Source: Utricularia gibba (taxonomy: Eukaryota > Plantae > Magnoliophyta). Taken from it: a stretch of DNA of 64,000 nucleotides. This document shows, one piece after another, positions 24,219 through 37,251 of this stretch. Position 1 is the first letter of the stretch. Every line of letters begins with the position of its first letter. The DNA lies in the NCBI GenBank assembly GCA_002189035.1, contig NEEC01000010.1:434001-498000 (forward strand). Direction: 5' to 3'. Made by a program: the position numbers and the translations under genes. The notes below the pieces were generated by a model, which saw nothing but the letters and a program-made list of their open reading frames with translations, was not told where the DNA came from and ran no database searches.

Positions 24219-25225
24219 TGATAACACACAATATATTAGTTATTATGTTATTTAATTAATGTGTTTATGTTAAAAAAGAGAGAAGATATGTTTCAAGCGT
24301 CCATTCAGAATGAATACAAAGAACTTCAACCAAGGGGAAGGAGATGATGGTTTAAAAAGAACTTCACCCGGATCTATTCCATCACTACAACCAGTTTCAG
24401 CATCATTGTTTCGAGTTGGCAATAATAACTGATGGATAATAGAACTTGAATTCAATTGTTTTATGCTTTTTGAATATTCAATGTTATTATCTCTATTTTC
24501 GGATATGGATATTACTCTATCTTTAGTGTTAGTTTGTGAAATTGTAATTTTCTCCTTTAACATGTGGGGCGGGCTAAGTTGTAGACATGTCTTAAGATTA
24601 GCAAAGTTGGTGTGATGGCTCAGTTCTTTTTCTTTTTCTTTTTTTTTTTTTTGTCTCCGTTTCAATTTATGGTGTTGTCTTACAATGAGTAGGGTAGACA
24701 TCAGGGATAATGGAATTAGTAAACACAATTTAGAAACCTAATTTTGAGGTAGAGTAAAGAATTATGATAGGTAGATAGGTGATATTCTTGAGTGAAAATC
24801 TATAGAACCAAATAGATGTCATTCTATTAATTTGGAAAAATAGTAGACCTAAATGTGAAATGATTAGAGAAACTTGAATATATCATTTCAAAAATAAAGG
24901 AAATTACTCAACTAGATCTAGGTTATTTAAAGTTGTGAAAGTGTAAAAATGTGAATTAGACTAAAGAGTTGATTTTATCACACCACCAAGATTATTCAAT
25001 GACATCATTGTTTTTATTTTCTAAACTGTATCGAATTCTGTTTACTATTTTTATATGTAACTTTTAGTTTTACTGAGGACTTACATTGTGATTAAGTTAT
25101 CATTTTACATACTATTTGCACATTATAAGTACAAGCTCTTCATATTCAACCATACTTTCTCTATATATTTGAATTGTGTTTTTATGTGAATTGAGTTTTG
25201 TGAATTATATTTTATATTGAAATTT
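24219..25225 (+). mobile_element. Degraded family-A-like LTR pieces in sense orientation upstream of the FT-like gene
   Basis: Starts TGATAACAC. 24740-25225 matches the reverse complement of A1 (ctaggttatttaaagttgtg..). Interrupted by unrelated sequence. Confidence 0.5.
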
Positions 25226-25850
25226 CTAATATGCGCAATGATGCAAGAATTTTTCTTTATCTGTTTTAATTGAAGTTTGGCTTTTGATCTTATTCATTTG
25301 CTTACCACCTTTGTAGAGTGAAGCCAGAGTTTCCAAAAGATCCTTTGGCAATACTTTCTTTCCAATTCTTCCCATTATACTTGATTCAAGAAATTGTTGG
25401 AGTACAACCAAAGCTTTAAATAATTTGGCCACTTCTTCTACATAGTATTTTTGTTTAGAGATACACCGGTGTTTGGAGTGGGCATTGATCTTGTGTCAGT
25501 TTCTAAAAGTCTAGTTTTTATGGAGAAGTTGGTTGACTTTAGTGGCACTCCCTGAAATTGAATTTCAACACCCTTGTCTTGATTTTTAAAGCTGAAAATC
25601 GTTTTCTCCGAAGAAATGAAAAATGAACCTTAAACTTCATATGAAACATTTTGTCCTCCAGTACTTAATAAAAGGCTATTCGCTTTTGTTTCGTCGCCTG
25701 CATTTTTTTAAGCACTAAAGCCTTCTTTCGTCCTCTAAGAAGGACCACTATTTTGGCCTGTATCTCCCCAAAAAATGCTAAATACTCGGCCGCGCTAAAC
25801 AAAAAAGGCATCAGGCTAGGGTTGCGCTTGTTCACGCAAGCGGGGCTAGA

Positions 25851-26668
25851 ATGGGAAGACGAGCCGTTATCCGGCACCCTTTAGAATACGGGCGCGTGGT
25901 GGGAGACATCACTGATCCCTTCACGCCCTCCATTGCGCTCCGGGTGACCTACCGTGGAAACGTGGTGTCCAACGGTTGCGATCTTCGCCCATCCAGAGTC
26001 GCATCCACGCCGGTCGTGCGAGTCGGGGGCGACGACCTTCGAACGTTTTACACTCTTGTAAGAAGCTTCATCTTTTACTTTATTTGTAGAGGTACATGAA
26101 CATGTTTATCTAGGTTCAAAAAATCAACTAACCCCAGCTCAGATTTGATTAATTTATTTGTTAGGTTATGGTGGATCCGGATGCTCCAAGCCCTAGCAAC
26201 CCTCATTTGAGGGAGTACTTACACTGGTGCAAATGCTTAACCCTTAAATAGACTGCAATCATTTATTTTAGTAAAAACTCATATATCATATCTTGCATTC
26301 ATAGGATGGTAACAGACATCCCAGGAAGCACGGGTACCAACTTTGGTAATTTTTTTTCTTACATTTTATGAAGTTATTTTCGATTTGTGTCGAGGGTGAT
26401 TTAAGAAGAAAAAAAAATATATGGATCATTTGAAGGGAATGAAGTTGTACCATATGAGAAACCGGTGCCAAAGATGGGTATCCATCGTCTGGTGTTCATG
26501 ATTTTCCGGCAGCTGGGGAGGAAGACGGTGTACCCGCCGGAATGGCGGCACTACTTTAACACGAGGGAATTTGCTCGGCTCTACAATCTTGGGTCTCCGG
26601 TGAATGCAGTCTACTTCAATTGTCAAAGGGAGAACGGCGCTGGCGGCCGGAGGGCCATTGGCCGCTGA
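25851..26668 (+). CDS. FT: FT-like PEBP (florigen family), 180 aa, 4 exons
   Basis: Exons 25851-26057, 26165-26226 (62 bp), 26305-26345 (41 bp) and 26436-26668 give the canonical PEBP exon sizes, totalling 543 nt. DPDAP, REYLHW (FT-type Tyr85), GIHR, LYN triad and NCQRE are present. Confidence 0.97.
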
Positions 26669-27188
26669 ATAAAAAACGGAAATTTATTTCACGATCGACG
26701 TTTGCGTTGGGGTTTCCATCACTGTATGAGTGAACATCCCTGATTAAGTGTTGTTTCCGTATTGTAAGGTAATTAAGAGCTTAACTTGTTTCTTCTCAAA
26801 GGAGGCTCCTGGATTTGAGTGATTTCTAGGGCTCCATAACATGAATCCTTCCGAATGGTAATTCACAGCAAAACGATTCCGTGTGCGCTAAAACGTTGCA
26901 TGTGGCTAATTTGCCGATTATTAGAGGTTGATTCAATTTGTAACGGCATACCAAATCTAATGATTCCAAAGAGAAGCCCATGAACCAAGCAATGAAGATC
27001 TGTTTGAGAATTAGTCCATCTGATAATTATTAAATGCTAAAAATGACCCCTGCAGTGAAACGGCATCTGGAGCCTCTCGCGTTTGAGACACGGCAGTGCA
27101 AGAAAGAAAAAGGATGGGCGACAACAGTGATTTGGTACAGTGCTACTACTGCGTCGTAATAAGCACTTTGCCTCCCTTTGACCGCGAC

Positions 27189-27580
27189 CACGTGTTCGTT
27201 TGGTCGTTTTCTTCCCACAGCCTTCTTGGATGCTCGATTCAAATTCAATACTTTGCCTCTGTTCTTAATCTAACAAGATTTGGCCCGTCTGCGAGTTTCA
27301 GTATACGAGGTTTTGGGTTTCCAGTTTTTAAAATACCTGCAAAATGAATTAATCCAATAATAATAATAATATTATTATTAATTCAACCATGTATGCTGAG
27401 TGATGGGCAGGCGCAGCCACGCTCTTACTGTCGGCAGAGGTTGTTGACAAAAGCTCACGTTCCAATGTCCTGGCGGCCATACTGTAGTGCTCCGTGTAGG
27501 TTGTTGACAAAAGCCCATATTTCAGAGCCGTGAGTCATGCTCCTACTGGTCCACGTACTTGTTGATCAAACCCAACACAA
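27189..27580 (+). promoter_or_regulatory. Candidate downstream cis-regulatory block (G-box, ACGT cores, 17-bp direct repeat)
   Basis: CACGTG at 27189-27194; AGGTTGTTGACAAAAGC at 27438-27454 and 27498-27514; GC-richer non-TE sequence. Function is inferred only. Confidence 0.3.
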
Positions 27581-28709
27581 AATAACTTAAGTTATTTTTA
27601 TTTAAGTTTATACTTCAAATTAAGTGATTTTGAAATGGTTTTTATTGAAAACAGAAATAACTTCTGTTTTTTTGGAACAGTTTCATATCTGCTTCTATCA
27701 CCTTTTGAATCACTTTTTTTGAAGCGCTTTTAATAAAGTGGAAATAAACATACCTTTAGTTTTTAAGAAAATTGCACTCAGGTCGTCCAGATCGAACTAT
27801 ATCCACCTAAACAATTCTATTCAAATGAAAACATTAATTAGTTTATATTGTCAATATGAATAAACAAAAATTCACACTTGGAAATATTTGAAATTGTTTG
27901 ATGCATTTTCATCAACTATGCGTTTTGGATTTACTAATAACTTATTTTGTATCATAAGTAGAGTATTTAACATAATATTAAAATATTTAAAGATCATGTA
28001 AGTTGATCTTTCATAGTCTCATTTTTGTAAACAAACTTAAATATGATGTGCTAGTATCTCTAATAAAAATATCAATCTGCTCCAGCACTTTAACATATAT
28101 TATATCTAGAATCATGTAAACAATAATACATAATAATACAACACATACATAGCCTCCCAAATGTATCTTTGTTCATTTTCAAACTTTAGAAAGCACTATT
28201 ATTAAAATCAAACACAAATCTACTGAGACTCTTCATTTGTCTTGAAATTTTTTCTAGATAATAATACTTTCTCATTTCAAGTCTTTTATATAAATCATCC
28301 TCAGCTATTTCTTTGAAATATTCTTTAACATACTTCATAAATAGCAAATTCCATGTACTGATTTTAAAAACAATCAAACACATGGCTTCTTCTACAATGT
28401 TATCATCCATAATGTTATCTACAAAAAATATGTCCAAGAAAATAATATTTTTTAAAAATATAATTCACATAATCCAAAAAAAAAACTAATCAAATCAACA
28501 TAAAAAGATCAAAATTAATGTTTTCTTTTGTTGAATGCATAAAATACTTAAAAGATTTGGGATTTGGGATTTTCTTAACGCTATCGAGATAAGGATTTGG
28601 AATTTTCTTAGAGAATAATAATATTAAATAAATTTATCAATAAAAAATTAAAAATGTCCAAATCAATCATTTAAAGTCTGGATATTAATAAACTCATCAA
28701 TATGGTAGG

Positions 28710-31292
28710 TGATAATCATGGTTTTTAGTAATTTTAAATTAGAAAAATGACTGTTATTATTGTGCATAATTAAGATTTTGTTAAGTGTTTGATGTTTTTG
28801 TGATTAGCAAAGCTATTTATATATTTTATTCCAGATTGGGTCTAAATCCTTGATTTAGTTGAAAAACCTTGATTTAATTATTTTCCTTAGAGCAATGCAC
28901 CACAATCCCAATAATCCAAATCATGAAGAACTGAAAATGTGATAAACGGAAATTTCCTAATATCGTTGTAAATAAAAATAGAAAATCCGTATGAAATAAA
29001 TTTATAGTCCCTAATCTACACAAAATACAAATTTGGAAAACTTGTGTAATGGATATCGGGGTCGATCAAGAAGAGCTTGTGCTTGCTAAGTATTTTAGTA
29101 GATGCAAGATTTCGGATAACAGTAGGTCTTAGTCTAAGCTCAAACTAACAGTGGTAAACAAGTTCAGTAAACAAAGTAGGTAAGCAATATTAGGTTTCTA
29201 CACTAGGGTAATAGGTACTGGTTTTAACTCAGACTAATATGAGAATGCTTTAAGGGTCTGCAGGTGGTGTTATGTTAAGCTTCCTAATTCAATTTATTAT
29301 CTTACTACACTCACAACTTCAAATAACCTAAGTCTACCCAGGTCATTCATTATATTTTTGGCTTAAGCTAGTTCTCAATGTCATAACCCACATTGCAATT
29401 GGGTCTACATGCATGCAAGGTATATAGAACTAAGTCTACCCGGTTCTACTGGTTCTATCCTGGACTAATACCGACTGCTCCTGTCTTGGTTTGTTGGTCT
29501 ACCTCTAAACCAAGCATCTAAGTTGTGAAACTACTTGTTTCCCTCCTTAGGTCTACCCATGGTTTGTTAGAAACAAGAGTTAAGGAATACACATAAATTT
29601 CATCATCAAACCTAAGCACACACCACACCACTTCACCTTAAGACATCCCTAAGACTCTAGCCACTCATGCTTGGGAAATAAAATACGATTTCATTCATGT
29701 AAGTTGGCCAAAATGGCAGAAACATTGTAAATAAGTAAAACGCAGAAACTTGAAATGTTCAGAAAACAGAAAGTAAATAGGATTGTTCTCCCGCCCGATA
29801 GCTACTGTTCACAGCCCGGAACAGTAGCACTGGACTGGGCTCCGGTGCTGTTCTTGATGATGGAGGCCTCCCTTCCCCCTTCTGGTTGGTGTTTTTCCCG
29901 TTGGGGAAGAAGACTCCCTTGCGTCCCCCTGCTGTCCGCTTCACTTCGTGCTCCCCTTCTTTTTTCGAATTAATTTCCTTTTCTTTTGCTTCACTCCATT
30001 GCACTGTTTCTGACTGCCAGTACTGTTCCTGACCGCGAGTACTGCTCCTGGCCTGAACTTGCAGACTGCGGTGGCAGCAGAACAATGCTCTTTGTCCTTC
30101 TCCGGATTTTGCGCCCTTTTTTGCTTGTTTTACACGCTTGCAAGTCTGATTTTCGGCTCATCTCCCTGCTGAACTTACTGAGACATTAGTAACAAGAGTT
30201 GTGGACTAAATCAAAGGATTTAGTCCACTTTTCAACATAATCACATAGGATTAACATAAACACCACTAAATCATGAAAAATCACATTTATCTAAACTAAA
30301 CCATAATAAAATATAACCATTTTGTATTTTGAAATTTAGGAAAAATGTGTGTCATCAAAATGCATACTGGATGTGGCAGTAAAATGGGACAAAAAGAAGG
30401 AAAGAGAAACACCAAATTTCAAAGAGACAAGAAAGTAAACTTTTGAACAAGATAGGATAGATCAACTTCAAAAATATGAAAGGAGTCTTGAAAGGGGATC
30501 TGGAGAAAAATCATAGAAGAATGATGAAGGAAGATGGAAGAAACCAAGAACCAAACTCGTCTTTGAAGATTTTCTTTATTTATCAAAAATATTACTCTTA
30601 GTTAGAAATAAATCACAACGATTTAACATTCTTCATTTAACTATTTATATTTCATTCCTTTTTATTTTCTTGGTATCAAGGTGTGATATGAACATATTGT
30701 GGATGATGTTTTATGTGCTAGTTTTCTTCTACATGAGTAACTAGTATCAAATGGTGCCTTAGAACCAAAGAGGACAAAAATGTTCATTGTTCATTAAATC
30801 ATATTAACCATATAATTGTGCTAGTTGCTTAACAAACTACAGGAAGGGAAAATAATGGTATGTTCATCATAAGCAAACCTTAATTAGAGTTAGATCAAAG
30901 ATTAAGGGAAAACAAGGGTTTGGAAAGACTTGAACTTTTATTGATTAGATGAATGATTTTTTGTTTGGATGAGATAAAGATAGTGATGAACATGTTCTTT
31001 GAAGTCTTAAGGCATTGCATTGATTTCCTTTAGATAGAACTTTGATTCACTCATTTATTTTTTTTATTATATTGTATTAGAATTTTGCATTCAACCTAAC
31101 TTAGACTTAATCTTTCATCATGAAAGAATAGAATACATTATCTTTTATATGATAAGCACAAAACTCTTCGTGTTCGATATTAATCTACTATGCTTGTACT
31201 TGTCTTATGATTAAGTGTGAATTATATTTATAAATTTATTTGGTAGTAAATTTTGCATTTTATTCAATGATCTACGAATTTTTCGTTTATCG
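28710..31292 (+). mobile_element. Older family-A-like LTR hosting solo LTR A2
   Basis: Starts TGATAATCAT.., ends ..TTTCGTTTATCG, and is similar to 59537-60693. Its TSD is not convincing. Confidence 0.6.
28940..30357 (-). mobile_element. Solo LTR A2 (Athila-like)
   Basis: TG...CA termini; TSD AAATG on both sides; highly similar to A1. Confidence 0.92.
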
Positions 31293-32305
31293 GTGTGTTT
31301 GTGAAAATCCCACCAACCTGAGAAATCATAGGTTTGTATCAAAGAAGGATTTAAATAAATCAGGGTTACCAAATGTGTATGGTGTATTTTCTATCAAAAT
31401 AAAACCAATGTATTCTATCTAAACCAAACTGACCCTTAAACCCCATGTTTTCCCATAGGAATTTGCGCAGGTCAAGGTATTAATTCTTTTTTTAAACTAG
31501 GGCTGAGTGTTCTGTATACCAAAGCAAATACCGAACTTCCAAATTCCAAAATTCATAAAAAATCATCTACCAAATCCAAATCAAATTAAGTGTCAATCGA
31601 AATTTCAAATACCAATATTATTTCAGTATTTGGTATTCAGTTAATGAAGTTCTAAATTTTTTATCTCATTAAATATTAATTACAAAATGTATCCGATATA
31701 TTCAAGGTGCCAAAAAATATATCTCACTTATAATGCATAACAAAATACACTTATCTTCAAAATATAAAAGTCTTAGTTTAGTTACACAAAATAAAATGCA
31801 ATGACTTAGACTTCACGAAGAACTGATAACTTTTTACTACAAGGTAATGGAAGAAATTCTCGTTCTTTCTAAAGCAATAGGATTTAGAAAACAAAATATT
31901 GATTTACAAAGGCAATATTAAAAATAATAATATATGATTGTAACTAATGGAGTGAGAAATTGATAGGTGTCACATGGAAGAATCACAATAAGATGACATA
32001 AAGCAGCCGAAGGATAGGATATCAAATTGATTTTTACTAGTCGAAATCTGTACGTGAGCAGAAAATGGACCCCTAACAACCTAAAAAGAAGCGTATGCCT
32101 ATGGGAACACAATAACATCAGTCATTTCAAAATAATCTGAAAAATGGTCGACTTGCAAGAACCTAGTGCATTCGGCAGTTATATGCTAGTAAGATCACGT
32201 GTGGTTGGCATAACCACTGAGCAAAGAAAGTAGCTGACATACAAATAAATTGACCAGGGAAGCTTCTCCTATAAATAAGAGAATGTTTGAGGAACAAAGG
32301 AAGCA

Positions 32306-33318
32306 TGATAAATGAAAAATTTGCAACGTCGTTAAATTGCAATTTTCCCCTATCAAATAAATTTATAACCTAACACACATTTAAGCATAATACAATTATG
32401 AACATAGTGATTAGGATCGAACACGAAGAGCAGGTGCTTATCAATGCATGCAATCAGTGCCACGTCGATAGATTTGGTCTTAGCTAAGACAAAGACGGAG
32501 TTGTGATAAAATACAGTAAAGAAAAGTAACAAACTTATGAACTCGGATGTTTCTTGAATGAAATGGGTGATGCCTTGGGACTCCTAAGGGATGTGTGGTC
32601 ATCACTAAAAATGCTCACACAAACCATAACTCAAACAACTAACATACTAAAATCTAGGTCTACCCGGATTCTTGTTTTCCCTCTAATCTTTGGTCAACCT
32701 CTAATTAGGGTTGTTAAGCTGGGTTTCACTACTTCCCTCTTTTGCATCTATCCTGGTTTGTTAAGAAAGTAGCATGACTTATGGTTGATTAGGTTTAAAA
32801 ATTGATTAGTATGTTTCTCCTCTTTTCATTCCAAGGCACCCCTTAAACGCTTAGCCACTCATACTTAAGGTAAATGAAAATAGAAAAGAAAATTTCATCC
32901 ACATTGTACTCATCTCACGGTCGAATACTAGAAAGGAAACAAGCAATGAATTTAAAATGTCAACAGAAAACTAGAAATGTCGCTAGCTACTCTTAGCTAA
33001 GAATAATAATTTTTGGAAACAGAAAATAGTCTTCAAGCATAAGATTCATTCCTAGTTCATCTTCCTCCTTCTCCCCCTAGAAATCTTCTCCAGAAAGTTG
33101 TGTCATGTGTCTCCAATGAGGTAGATATTTTTCTCTATCCATCTTGTCCTCTTTTTTGTCAAAAATCCTACTTTTTTCCTTCCTTGGATTTTGTGTGTAT
33201 TCCTTTTTAGACTTCTGCCTCATCCTCTATTACTACATTGTTCATATCCGGCTTCTTGGAATTTGTGTTGCGACCTGTGCTGCATTGCTCACAGAAAACT
33301 ATGAGATGGTTGGCCTTG
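32306..33318 (-). mobile_element. Truncated, diverged family-A LTR
   Basis: TGATAAATGAAAAATTTG..TCAAATAAATTTATAA terminus; internal similarity to A1 and to 62900-63050. Confidence 0.6.
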
Positions 33319-34439
33319 ATTGTTTCTAACATCTTCATTCAATTTTTCATCCAATTTCGATCTATTAACTTTAACTCTCATACATTTGTTGTTCGTCCAT
33401 CGATCCATACTTTTTTGTCCCCACCATCACTATCACTTACATTATTGCTCATCACATCATCTATATTTTCCATCATCGATTTCTTTTTATACTCTTCAAA
33501 TAAAGCTAGAGAATTTTTCTTATCTCAAAAATCATATCAACTGATTTTTTTATCACAAATATCATTTAAGCAATCGTAATACTCAAATTTTTTACGAGGA
33601 TAAAAAATAACAACAATGAATAGTAACTTATTCATCTTTTATGCATCACCTCAATACTTCAAATACTTTTCTCTTATTTTTATTGCTATTTCAATCAAAT
33701 TCACATTACTCGAGTTTTGCTATTCACATAAAGCTTTATCAATGTTAAGTGTCATTTTTTAGTTATCATTATGTATTATTATGTGTTAATTTAGTATCAA
33801 GTCGTCTAAATTAGGAGTCATATTGATAAGTATTTGATTTTATTAACAAAATCCTATTTTTGTATTTTGTACATATTTTGTTTTTTTTTTCGTGCACTTT
33901 CACCTAAAATGTCAGGAGGCAAGCTTGAAGTGTTGCAAGAGATTTTCAGGAGACCAGACACTGACGTTTCATACCTTTCACACACTTTGGTCAATTTTGG
34001 ATGAAAGACTCACACTAGTCAGTACCTTTAACTTACAGCATTTCAGAGTCTGCAACAATGATTGGGCATTTATTTGCATGCATGGGAAAACTAGTGGCGC
34101 ATGCAAGACAAAAAGAATGATGGGAAGGGTAGCATAATGAGTTAATGCATGTGAGGAGTGAGATAAAATCAACTTGGAACACTTGTTTTGGGATTTTTGA
34201 CACTTACTTTTCGCACTTAAAACTTTTGGTTCTTCCTCTTCTCCAAGTGAGGAAGAACACTTTAGCTTTTGAATTTCATTTTTTGTTTTCATGGCCATTC
34301 GTGGCTAAATCTTTTTAGTTTTTGGGAGTAGATGAAGTTTCCTTCCAAGTCTTGCGCATTAATCTCGGTTCTTTGCTGAATTCATTTCGGATTTTACATA
34401 CTTCCATGCATCTTGTTGTAGTCTTTCTGTAACATCTTC

Positions 34440-37251
34440 TGTTGGGTTTCTTGTAGACATCGTATGTCTCAAAAGCAGCGGAATTTTAAAAATTTTCAGA
34501 AACCCCCAACGCAGATTTTGGAATACGGTATAAATCAGACTAAGGGATGCTAAAATACCTTTCAGATTACTCCGTTGTTCACCAACCGCCAATAGGAGAC
34601 GGCCTCTATGGTATCCACACGTGGAGCACTCCGTCGATAACCTTCTCAAGGCTCTTGAATGCTGGTCGAATTCCTCAGGTGCTAGTAGAGAAAAACGCTT
34701 CCTTGTGGATTAGTCTCAGAGAGCACGAAGACCTTCAGAACAGATCTCAAGATCTAAATCTTTTTGATAGATATATGGTAACATATCAAATCATATCTCC
34801 GTAAAGATCTTATCTTGTGGAGATATGTATATGTTCCAAATCTTATCTATATATGATCTTTTATTTTGAGTTTAATCAATATTAATCTCAAAATAACTCT
34901 CAATTTAATTTATCCACTTTACCAATTACATCTCATGTAATTGTGTCATTCTATTTTATATCGTTGAGTGACTCCACTATTGTGTGTGACTCTATAGGCT
35001 TCTTCAATCAAGGCCGTAATAATGGATTTATTAATTAACTCTTAATTAATCAAATCCATCATTATCGATCATGATTGATGTCTAGCAACATATCATGATC
35101 CCCAAGATGTAAGAATAATCAGGTGAACTGATTGAGTCTTTCCATGACCAGCCACCATGCAATGAACAGCTTTCATCATACTTATATCTCATTCGATACT
35201 AGAACATGGGTGTTGTTAAGTGTCATTTTCTAGTTATTATTTAGGTATTATTATGTATTAATTAAGTGCTAAGTCATCCAATTAGGAGTCTTATTATTAA
35301 GTATTTGATTTTTACTAGAAAATTCCTATTTTCCCATTTTCTGTATATTTTATGCATTTTTTCTCACACTTTGACCGAGGCATGTCAGGAGACTGTCAGG
35401 AGTGTTGCAGGAGGATTGCAGGTGGTCAGACTCTGAGTTTTCGTACCTTGTACGCGAGTTGGAATGATTGTGGGCAGAAGACTGACACTGGTCAAGGCCC
35501 ATGACTTACGGCATGTCAGAGTCTGCAGCAATTATTGGGCGCAAACTTGCACGCAAAGAAAGTCTGTTGGCGCACGCAAGACAGAATGAATGATGGGAAG
35601 GGGACCCAAATGAGTTAATACACGTGGGAAGTCATATAAAAACCACTTGGAGCACTTAGTTTAGAACTTTTGAACATTTTCCCTTGTACTTAGAACTTTT
35701 GAGTTCTTCCTCCCCTCAAGGAGGAAGAACACTTAGTTTGCTTTTCGTTTCTGTTTCTATGGCCCTTTTGGGCTAAAAACCTTTAGTTTCTGGAAAGTAG
35801 ATGAAGTTTCCTTCCAAGTCCTGAGCAATACACTCGGTTCTTCACTGAATTCCATTCGGATTCCGCATACTTCCACACGTCTTGCTACAGTCTTTCTATA
35901 ACGACTCTTAGTCAAGGTCCATGAGTAGCAAGCCACTTCTCGCGGATTTTGGTGAAGATCAAGGTGAAGAGCACCAACTCCAACCCTGCTGGTTCGAGGG
36001 AAGTAGCAGATTGTTTGTGGCCTAGGTACCGCGACAGTGGACAGGTTGTGACCTCGGACCTGCCACTGGCCATTGGCAACAGCTGGGCACACGCGCACAA
36101 TTCGGTTTTGAAGGCAATCGAAGGCAATCCTCTTGTCTTCCTAATCGTCCAAGGGGGAATCACATGAGGCTATTCCCGTGCCTCCTTGTCAATCAGAGTG
36201 TAAGGGAGAGTAGGCTATTCCTTGCTCCTATAACCAGCTTTTCGGAAGAAATCAGTGAAAACCGAGGCAAGGACGGACAAAGGAAGGAGATGGAGTCTTA
36301 TTCCCAAGAATTGCGTCCCGTAGTCAAGGCCCATTACTTAGGTTGTATCTTTCATTTCTACATCTTAAAAACTCCCTTTTACAAAACCGTGACATTTTGT
36401 AGAAGTTGCTTGCAAACACTTTTCACGAAAAACAACTCCCTGAGATCGATACTCGTACTATGCTTTCTAGTGTTTTACGTTTTAAAATATTTAAAATTTG
36501 TTGAGGAAACGACACACAACAGGTGTGTGTCTTTCTGATGTATCGAATTTATAATTGCATTCAAGCACTAACACTCAATGACCTACTCAAACAATTCGAG
36601 TGTCATTACCCTGGGCCCAGGACTTACTGTTAGGCTTTGATGCAATTACTTGAGATATGATCTCATCGCTAACATGAGTGATGAATCCTTTATTGATCAA
36701 TCAACTATCTCCAACCTTAAGGAGTTACATCCCTACTCATCCATACTAGGTAAGCCATGGTTAGACTCCCATTAGTGATGAGCGAAAATGTTAGCTAATC
36801 AAGATAACTTTGTTGACCTCAAGTCTAAGCTTACTTGCACGACTGTCATATTCGAGATCTTGCTACTGACACTTGGTTAGCTTCCCATAGTAGCATCTCG
36901 AAGATGAGTCATCCAGTGAATCGATTCTCTAATCGACACCCACACATAGGTTCTAGTAATCTCATTACGTCAATTGTGAGAACCATTGCCTAAATAGTTT
37001 AGGGAACTCAATGTGTGCCAGCTTATCCGTATTTGTGATATCCTCATTTCACAAACACTCTAGCTAGGGAGTTTTTAACTTGATCATGAGTGCTTGAAGA
37101 ATCTCACATTATGATCTCATCATAATTTCTATAGCACATAGATCAAGTAGAGGATTTTATCAATGATATAAATTTGATCACAATTCAAAGTAAATATCAT
37201 AAGATAAGATTTTCCAATGAGTTGATTGTCTCTAGAACACATACACCAACA
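34440..37251. mobile_element. Solo LTR C (~1.5 kb, probably copia Angela-like), interrupted by B2
   Basis: TGTTGGG...CCAACA termini; TSD TCTTC. The family call is inference. Confidence 0.85.
35214..36521 (+). mobile_element. Solo LTR B2
   Basis: TGTTAAGTGTC...CACACAACA; TSD GGTGT. Confidence 0.92.

Noticed and set aside
24270-24728. 152-aa minus-strand ORF
   Set aside because: Low-complexity, crosses homopolymer runs, no recognisable domain.
25226-25432. 68-aa minus-strand ORF just upstream of the FT-like gene
   Set aside because: No recognisable motif, splice structure or start context; it would need BLAST to assign.
27420-27460. Superficial resemblance to miR156 (TTGACA..GCTCAC)
   Set aside because: The mature sequence does not match and no fold-back partner is evident.
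27900-28437. Possible further hAT transposase remnant (ORF 28186-28437)
   Set aside because: Motifs too degenerate to call.
28705-31297. TSD for the older host LTR
   Set aside because: Flanks GTAGG and GTGTG match only 3 of 5, so it is not counted as a verified solo LTR.
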